NCBI GenBank assembly: GCA_030704615.1
Contig: CM060734.1
Span: 25,606,001-25,670,000, forward strand
Length of the DNA stretch: 64,000 bases
Direction of reading: 5' to 3'
Source of the DNA: Takakia lepidozioides
Taxonomy: Eukaryota > Plantae > Bryophyta
Shown here one piece after another: positions 60,301-64,000 of the stretch. Under the pieces are notes generated by a model. That model did no database searches. It had not been told where the DNA came from and saw nothing but the letters and a program-made list of their open reading frames with translations. The translations under genes were made by a program, and so were the position numbers. How positions within the stretch are numbered: the first letter of the stretch is position 1; each line of letters opens with the position of its first letter.

Positions 60301-63208
60301 CATACTTTCAGATTTTGCGAATTTGCGTGGCTTTGAGGGATCTCTGGGGGCTCTGAATGTGCTGTCCAGCAACATTGCGTTGACCATGGTCCTGGTTTCA
60401 CTTACCTATATCTGGGTATCCCATACTAGCGTTTTATTGCATGTGAATGGGGGTGAATGGACAGGAAAATCAGCCTTGCGTCAACGCAATGTTGATGAGA
60501 CGCAGACTATGTACCTTTTCCTCTGGTTTGGGGCAGTTCAAATCCAGATCCAATTTTTCAACTTGAACATAACAATGTTTGGAGTCTATTTCAAATGCTA
60601 TTTTTCAGCTTTCACTATGCCAACAAACAGACTTGCGTTGACGCAAGGTTGTTTGGCGGTATGGATTGATGGAAATGTCCCTGTGCATCCCCCAACTTCC
60701 ATGCAATTGTAGGAGACTTTCGATTATCAGATATATTATCAATGTTTGTTTCAACAGAGGAATTCAGCATTGCGCCAACGCAATGTTGAATATCCATAGC
60801 AGTACATAGTCAGATGGTGGTTTTCAGGCATTGTTCCCCATTTCATCTATGTGTGAAAACAACATTGCGTTGACGCAATGTTGTATTGCACTTGTCAGTC
60901 GTTGTCTCTATCAATACAAACCACTAGGTGTTTCCCATTTCTGCTCGAATCAACATTGCGTCAACGCAAGGTTGATTCTGGACAGCAAAAGTTGATTACC
61001 AGGTGTTCCCTTCCTTTATTTCAATATCTTCTTCTGAATGTCTGTTCTTTTCCATTTTCCGATTGACTGACTGTCTGGGTTTTTGGTGTTTGATTTAGGT
61101 ATATGTATCATATCCTCATACCGGAAAAGTACCTTAGCGATGACCCAGACTTCATCTATTCATGGCTGACCCCTCCAATGAGAAGACAATGTACACGGCT
61201 GGTATTGCCAGAGACTGAGCAGGGCGCACTTCAGAGACTGTGGGTGGTTACCTCGACCTGCCAAAACAGGACACACCATTCGATGAAGTTGTTTTGAGAA
61301 ACCTGAACGAGACAATGCCGCAGCGATTGCCCCATTGGCAGACAAAGACATTCAGGACAGAATCATTTCTACTCTGGCTGCAAAAGAGCCCGAGAGAACT
61401 GCCACCCAAAACGAAAGGGGAAGACTGTCGGGGATCCTAAGGGAAAGGGGAAAAGTGCAGCTCCTAAAGGACAGGGACCGTCAGAGGTTCCTGTCAGAGA
61501 GCCTTCTCCCGCAAGGAGGGATAGGAGAACATCAAAGTCGAGGGAGCAGCCTTACGAGGCGAGAGAACATCCCTCCAGGGTTTTGGGCCAGTTCAATCGT
61601 AGGGTGCTGAATGAAAGTTTTCTTGCAATGATGGAGTCCAGGAAGTCCACATTCAAAGGGGTGCCCTCGAAATCATGGGACATGCTTGTTTCGTTCCTCA
61701 CTCAGGTAAACACTTGTGTCTAAACTGTTGTATGAATAATTGTGTTTTGGCATCTTGTTGTGGCTTTTCCAGGGGATTGATCTCCTGCTCGATTTGGATT
61801 GGGCTTCTTACACTGTCTCCTGTTTTTCCCTGTAGGTGACAAAAAAACCGGAATGGGTGAATGGAGTTCAGCAGGCATACGCGACTGACCTTGTGGTGCT
61901 GGACATTCCTGACGGTTATCCCGTCCCTGATGTGTTCCCTTCCAATTCGACCCGACTTGGAACAAATCGGATTCTCGTTATTGGCAGTGGGCTTTCTCGT
62001 TCAGCAACAAATTCCTTTCGGACTCGGGGGCTCTTCTTCTCATGCAGTCAAAGGACATGTCGGCTCGAAGAACTCTTTTCAGCTACATGAAAGCCTCGGG
62101 TTTCGTGTCGTCAAAACTTGGACATGCATCAATACTCTGCCTCTTACGAAGGGCGAGTTCCCGGGGCAGAAAGTGAGTTGGTTCCTTTCAATTCATGTTC
62201 GTTGTTTTTTCGGTAAATAAAAATGCTGGGTTATGCCTTCTGTCTCATGCTCTCCTCATTGTTGACAGACACGGGTGTTCGAAGCTTTGTGCCTGGTGAG
62301 GCGGAAGGACACTCTTCCTCCTGGTGTTGCTGAGTTCCAGATGAGGGACCTTGCAGCTCATATTGACCCCACCTGCGAGCCTATGGAGGATGATGTTCTC
62401 TTCAATTACGTGGACTCGGGTCGAACTATGAAAAGGTCGATTGGTGTCCCTTGGAGAGGTGCACGGGAGAAATCTCCAGCTTTCATGCAGACTTTGGTGG
62501 AGACATGCAGCCGTCATGGTGGACGAGTGGTCGACTTGTATGGGCACAGGTGGGGCACTTTACATTGTGATTGACATATGGGCAGTAACCTTAGGGAAAC
62601 CCTGTTTTCATTTCTCGTTCTTCTTGGATTTGCAGGAGCATGTTTTCATGCTTGCAAGAGCGCCGGAAGGCACTTCTTCGGCATGGAAGCTGATACGGAG
62701 CTCTTCTCGAGCGAGCTTCGTCAGCTTGAGTCGGACACTACTTCTACCCCATCCAAAGAGGGACTTCTGGAGGAGCCCGAAGCGCCTGACGAGGATCTGG
62801 ACGTTGACTCCGATTTTGAGTGTGAGTAAGTTCTTCTGTAGTCGTTCAAAATATGTGGCATTTCCTTGTGTCGTTCCCGTTCGAAAAAATTGCGTAACAT
62901 TGTCTATATCTGGATGTTAACATCTGCCACCATTTCTCTTGTTCCTTTCCAGAGTTCTGCACCAGTCATTGAATCAGCAGACACCTTTCGGATTCCAAGG
63001 ATACTACATGTCCCCGAGTCCCCCTAGATCCAACCGCTTGCCGGTTTACGCGGAAGCTTGCGCACGGGTGTTATCCGAACAAACACTGTATTCGCATCTC
63101 CATAAAGGTCGTGGAAAAAAAAAACGTCATGTATGTGCTGCTGTATTCATAGATGATATTGCTATTAACTCTGGCAGTGGTTCCTCTGAAACCTCCAATA
63201 TTTCTTGA
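57399..63208 (+). pseudogene. ParB/Srx-like + beta-class amino-methyltransferase-like fusion gene of E3
   Basis: IPLCRMISMPAVRPALRNDITKLK..GY..FYVS..FFVWDGNHRLLAW (DGNHR 58965-58979); LVVLDIPDG (61902-61916); EKSPAFMQTLVETCSRHGGRVVDL..GTG|ACFHACKSAGRHFFGMEAD (~62465-62695). Multiple GT-AG introns; ends approximate. Confidence 0.82.
57841..60975. repeat. About 11 palindromes (TC)AACMTTGCGTYRACGCAAKGTT(GA) in two introns of the E3 ParB-MTase gene
   Basis: Copies at ~57841, 57959, 58161, 58247, 58367, 58447 and ~60472, 60631, 60768, 60860, 60950. Confidence 0.9.
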
Positions 63209-64000
63209 CGGTTCAAGTACTGAGGCTGAATAAATTGTGTTTTGGCTTTGCTTCCATCCCATACTGTTTTTCAAGTTCTCTGCGCGTTCCCGTAAGTACA
63301 GTTAGGGATTGCCTACGGTATTTCTTCGGAGTGCGGAATTGAAATGTGTGTGTGGAGTGATGTACTGCTTTGCCAAAAAAACATTTTTCTTTTCAGATTC
63401 AGTTCTGTAGTGGGCGATCTCCTCATTCCAAAGTCAGGATCTCCCACAAAATTCAACCGCAAACCTGCCATTGTTCTCGGCCACAAGGAATATTCATGTG
63501 GGGGCAGTAAAGAGGGATAGAAAATTAGGACATAGGGGGGGGGGAAGCACGGACATAGGTAAAAGGGGGGGGGGGGGGAGCACGGTAATAGGGGTGAGAG
63601 CACGGAACCGCGGTAATAGGGGGGGGGGGGCACGGAATTAGGGCCTGAACACGTGGATGCTTGCTGATGTGGCGTGAGCCTAGCCAGGCTCACAGGCTCA
63701 CAGGCTCACAGGCCAGGCTCACGCGCAAGCATTCCCCGGTCCAGAAGCACTCGTTTTGCGTGGGGGAGTGGCAGATGATACCAAGGTGACCCCAAGTCTT
63801 GCAAAATGCTGCATGGATGTATGCTGCGCTCCCGAAATTTCGGTCCATGTCTGCACACGTTTGAACCCACGCTTTGCGGGCTTCAGTCTGCAGATCGTAA
63901 AAAATGCTGGAGAGGAGAACATATATCGTAGTGGTTCCTGAGAAGGTGTTCTTACAACGGATCTTCCAGAGGTGCCATAATGTCGATCCTCTAAGGGTTT

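Larger units (their letters stand above)
52515..63736 (-). mobile_element. E3: 11.2-kb MULE-like transposon, divergent relative of E2 in the opposite orientation
   Basis: Flanked by the direct repeat CGGTCCAGAAGCA (52502-52514 and 63737-63749). TIR core CGCGTGAGCCTGGC + GTGAGC repeats at ~52525-52555, inverted at ~63675-63725. Same divergent two-gene layout as E2. Confidence 0.88.

Noticed and set aside
63990-64000. Telomeric repeat (AGGGTTT-like; also ~32357 and 31343)
   Set aside because: Single or imperfect units only; no array.

Overview
Eukaryotic, TE-dense DNA, probably from a land plant (spliceosomal introns, plant-type Ty3/gypsy elements; a non-seed plant is only a guess). The left 29 kb holds one host gene, an intron-rich mitochondrial 2-oxoglutarate dehydrogenase E2 (DLST; minus strand, 1795-7407), and four degenerate Ty3/gypsy LTR retrotransposons. 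One of these carries a dUTPase-like domain between protease and RT, and two share an extra ORF upstream of gag. The right 35 kb is dominated by an unusual family of large Mutator-like (MULE) DNA transposons: two full-length but frameshifted copies (E2 32242-47427, E3 52515-63736) and two fragments. Each full copy carries two divergent, intron-containing genes. One is a GCM-like Zn-finger / DDE-CxxH / SWIM transposase. The other is a large protein with an N-terminal ParB/Srx-like domain (VWDGNHR) and a C-terminal prokaryote-type beta-class N4C/N6A methyltransferase fold (DIPDG ... VLDLxCGTG ... RHxFxxE). Each subfamily is studded with its own palindrome, often phased at whole helical turns (53 bp, 42 bp). 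Both full copies have TGAGC-repeat termini and sit in 10-13 bp duplications of related target sequences (RCYTCYGGACCRAG). This transposase + ParB-MTase + palindrome module is the best candidate for an undescribed system. All domain calls are by-eye motif recognition; no database search was run.
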